21,039 nucleotides of DNA, taken from a virus. This document shows positions 18,661-21,039 of this stretch, in pieces. The stretch lies in the IMG/VR virus record IMGVR_UViG_3300045988_137034, positions 1 through 21,039 of that record; one strand, given 5' to 3'. The position numbers and the translations under genes are program-made. The notes under the pieces are model-generated. The model was not told the origin of the DNA. It made no database searches and saw nothing but the letters and a program-made list of their open reading frames with translations. Position 1 is the first letter of the stretch. Every line of letters starts with the position of its first letter.

Positions 18661-19152
18661 TTAAATGTATTTAAAAGTTAATTTATTCTTATATTTTCTA
18701 CCTGTTTTTAAACAGTAACGTATACTTTTAGAGTCTATATTTAACCTACGAGCACATTCATTAATAGATGGATATTCTATATCATTACATAATATTTTAT
18801 GAGATTGCTTATAAATTGAATACCTAGTATTATATGAAATAGTACACCATTCTAGATTACATACTCGATCGTCATTCTTTACTTCATTTTTATGATTAAC
18901 AACTGGATAGTTAAATGGATTCTCTATAAAAGCATATGCTACTAATCTACATACTCTATAATAGTAGGGTTTACTATCTTTCATTAAAGTAACCCACTTA
19001 TATCCATCTTTATCAATGTTAGGTTTTAAAATACGCTCATTTACTGGGCAAATACACCCATTCTTACTAAGTCTAGCTCTTGCAACTGATTTAACTTCTC
19101 CAGAATCACTCACTTGGTAATAACCTTCAAAGTCTTTAATATCTTTCCACAT
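18661..19152 (-). CDS. HNH homing endonuclease (163 aa), the only endonuclease here with no TGA
   Basis: MWKDIKDFEGYYQVSDSGEVKS (NUMOD4-like), VCRLVAYAF, VVNHKNEVKNDDRVCNLEWCTISYN (all three Trp encoded by TGG), and a C-terminal HTH INECARRLNIDSKSIRYCL. Confidence 0.85.
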   Translation of the reverse strand: MWKDIKDFEGYYQVSDSGEVKSVARARLSKNGCICPVNERILKPNIDKDGYKWVTLMKDSKPYYYRVCRLVAYAFIENPFNYPVVNHKNEVKNDDRVCNLEWCTISYNTRYSIYKQSHKILCNDIEYPSINECARRLNIDSKSIRYCLKTGRKYKNKLTFKYI

Positions 19153-19154
19153 AA

Positions 19155-19817
19155 TTACTTTTTCTTATTCTTATTTGAACTTGGAAAATCATATCTAGAT
19201 CTTAGAGAATTATTATATAGTCCCTTCGAGCGTATACCTCCAAGCCAGATACCACAACTACTTGAACTGTATAAATTAGGATACATATCTTTAAGAGGTT
19301 TATATGAATATAATTCAGGAAAATCATTATAATATGTAATAACCCAATCTTGTAGTCTTGCTTTAAAGAAATCTGCTTTATCTCTATAATATTTCTTAAT
19401 AAGATTAACTTGACTTGCATCTGCAGCTATATCTTTCTCATCATCAGTCCTCATAACTCCAAAATTACTAAGTTTAAAAGAGATAGGAATAGTAATTTCA
19501 CTTAATACTTGATAAAGTAAATAAGGCTGAATATAGTAATCTAATAATTCTTTATATCTATGATTTTCTGGATCATCTATAGATGTTGGATCATAAATAG
19601 GAGGTTCTATTGGATGAACTGGTTTATTTGGATCTTTCCAATCAATTACTAATTTCTGAATCTTCTCTAAGAGCTTAGTTCCAATTAATGACTGAAGCTC
19701 AATATCTTGTGCAAGTTTGATTGCAGACTGAAGATATTTACCAGAAACATTATTATCTAAATTAGATTCTGATTTTATATAATCTTCAGATATTAATAGT
19801 ACATTTCTATATTCCAT
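19155..19817 (-). CDS. Head-tail connector/adaptor-like protein (220 aa)
   Basis: The N-terminal pattern LISEDYIKSESNLDNNVSGKYLQSAIKLAQDIELQSLIG resembles gp6-like connector N-termini, and the gene lies downstream of the portal. Motif-level call only. Confidence 0.4.
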   Translation of the reverse strand: MEYRNVLLISEDYIKSESNLDNNVSGKYLQSAIKLAQDIELQSLIGTKLLEKIQKLVIDWKDPNKPVHPIEPPIYDPTSIDDPENHRYKELLDYYIQPYLLYQVLSEITIPISFKLSNFGVMRTDDEKDIAADASQVNLIKKYYRDKADFFKARLQDWVITYYNDFPELYSYKPLKDMYPNLYSSSSCGIWLGGIRSKGLYNNSLRSRYDFPSSNKNKKK

Positions 19818-20460
19818 AATAATATTTATAATTTTTGCAGGGTTTATTTTTTCTACAAGATCTAGATATACTAGAAGAATCTACATTATTCTTCTCTCCA
19901 GCTTCCTTAGCTGATTTATACTCACAAATAAAATTACCATCTAAATCATACTTATATACTTTTTTGCACTGACGTTCTGAAATTAGTTGTTTTTCTTTAT
20001 CTGAGAGTTTCATACCTTTATTTCAAGGAGTTTTGCCTAATCTTGCCTCCCTCATTTTACGCTTGCTTTCATCTGAATGCTGTTTACCATAAAATGAGTT
20101 ATTTTCTCCTGATCTTATAATTCTAAGACTATCTTTATAATCTTGTGAAAAAGAATATCCACAAGTACCGTCTCCTCCATCAGTTAAATTATACCCATAT
20201 TTTGGATTTCTAGTATTATACTTATAAATCAGAATCTTTTCTAAAGTCTTAGCACAAGCTTCTGGAAGATTATCTCTAATTATAATATGCTCAAAATTAT
20301 CTCAACCATATTTTTTAATTGCTCTGCTAAAATAAAGATTATTCTTGTAACCTTGACCTTTAGTTCCCCATCTATTATTTAAAGTAAGTGATGTTATTCC
20401 AAAATATAATTTATTATCAGCTATATTCTTATGGCAGTACACTGTATAATTATTCAACAT
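19807..20460 (-). CDS. GIY-YIG homing endonuclease (217 aa); 2 in-frame TGA
   Basis: MLNNYTVYCHKNIADNKLYFGITSLTLNNRWGTKGQGYKNNLYFSRAIKKYG-W-DNFEHIIIRDNLPEACAKTLEKILIYKYNTRNPKYGYNLTDGGDGT...GKTP-W-NKGMKLSDKEK.... TGAs at 20302-20304 and 20023-20025. The track shows only the last 68 aa. The ATG at 20460 overlaps the portal stop by 11 nt. Confidence 0.85.
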
Positions 20461-21039
20461 TTTCTGCATTTTCTGACATTCCTTTTGGAGTTAAACTAAA
20501 TGGTTCAATAGTAATACTATTCTTAATGCCGAAGATTTTATCAAATGAGTCACAAATTTCTGATTGTATTGGGCGTACAAAAGTACGATTATATAGCTTA
20601 AATGCTTCATTAAACTCATTTTCATTAAATCCTGAGCTATAGTTTAAACCGAACAACGAAGGATTAGCTCGGAAGGCACAGAATATTTGATCTCTTGTTC
20701 TTTCAGATAATGATTGATATTTTTCATCAAAATCATCAGAATCTAACCTTTCAATTGTGGTCTTATTTGCCTCATCTGCATTATATGAAATCAATATTCT
20801 GCCAGCATTCTGATAACCAGAGAACTTCTCATTAATATTCCTCTCAATCTCCTCTCTAATTTCATCTGTAGGCTCTCCATTATTAAAGTTAATAATAAGA
20901 TTGCCCATAAATCCATTATTGATATTGTTTAAATGGAACTCATTAATATTTTTCTCAGTTTCACAAGATAGAATAGCAGCTCCGTAAACAGGAATAGGAT
21001 ATACTCCTCTTGTTATATAACCTTTATTATAAAATATAC
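20450..21039 (-). CDS. Portal protein, C-terminal part (N-terminus beyond the window end)
   Basis: The frame is open from 21039. ...GVYPIPVYGAAILSCETEKNINEFHLNNINNGFMGNLIINFNNGEPTDEIREEIERNINEKFSGYQNAGRILISY... and ...FNENEFNEAFKLYNRTFVRPIQ... match the usual portal core/clip-region pattern as I remember it. Ends in TAA at 20450-20452. Confidence 0.65.
   Translation of the reverse strand, partial: IFYNKGYITRGVYPIPVYGAAILSCETEKNINEFHLNNINNGFMGNLIINFNNGEPTDEIREEIERNINEKFSGYQNAGRILISYNADEANKTTIERLDSDDFDEKYQSLSERTRDQIFCAFRANPSLFGLNYSSGFNENEFNEAFKLYNRTFVRPIQSEICDSFDKIFGIKNSITIEPFSLTPKGMSENAENVE

Noticed and set aside
19202-19420. Alternate-frame minus-strand ORF (72 aa) inside 19155..19817
   Set aside because: It is fully embedded in a longer ORF with a better sequence character. 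It is an Ile/Leu-rich shadow frame.
1592-20642. Plus-strand track ORFs 1592..1852, 1910..2092, 4168..4419, 8093..8449, 11087..11317, 11959..12144, 16914..17099, 19114..19332 and 20388..20642
   Set aside because: All lie antisense within well-supported minus-strand genes. They translate to low-complexity Leu/Ile/Phe/Ser-rich strings typical of shadow frames in AT-rich DNA, and they have no independent start context.
1-21039. Fragmented ORFs interpreted as pseudogenes or a decaying prophage
   Set aside because: All 38 interruptions are TGA, none is TAA or TAG, and there are no frameshifts. Interruptions fall on conserved Trp positions, and gene ends uniformly use TAA/TAG. Random decay would not produce this pattern.
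1-21039. TGA=Gly (translation table 25, as in Gracilibacteria/Absconditabacteria)
   Set aside because: The TGA positions coincide with Trp that in-window paralogs encode by TGG (NLEW, KYGW, RW) and with the W-V-H of M15 peptidases. Gly would not fit these motifs.
1-21039. Mollicute (Mycoplasma/Spiroplasma) phage as the simple explanation for TGA=Trp and the low GC
   Set aside because: The holin plus M15 peptidoglycan peptidase implies a walled host, and TGG remains the majority Trp codon by my count. This is kept as a formal alternative to be tested by host prediction.

Overview
AT-rich, tightly packed tailed-phage (Caudoviricetes) segment, coded almost entirely on the minus strand. Under the standard code it looks fragmented. 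Read with TGA=Trp (translation table 4), the fragments fuse cleanly, without frameshifts, into coherent modules. In minus-strand gene order (high to low coordinates) these are: portal (partial); connector-like genes; a lysis cassette (membrane protein, holin, M15 peptidase); a short plus-strand island (14544-15781); an ori-like repeat region with a wHTH initiator-like gene; small early-type genes; small and large terminase; a gp10-like protein; two very large tail proteins (726 and 1149 codons); and a tape-measure-like protein (partial). By hand I count 38 in-frame TGA codons in 17 CDSs and no in-frame TAA or TAG. Every reconstructed gene ends in TAA or TAG. Several TGAs sit at Trp positions that paralogs in this same window encode with TGG. 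Seven free-standing homing endonuclease genes (3 GIY-YIG, 4 HNH) are interleaved with the structural, lysis and regulatory genes, and six of them carry TGA-Trp codons. I saw no tRNA, rRNA, CRISPR array, integrase or transposase. Functional calls rest on motifs I recognise by eye; nothing was searched against a database.
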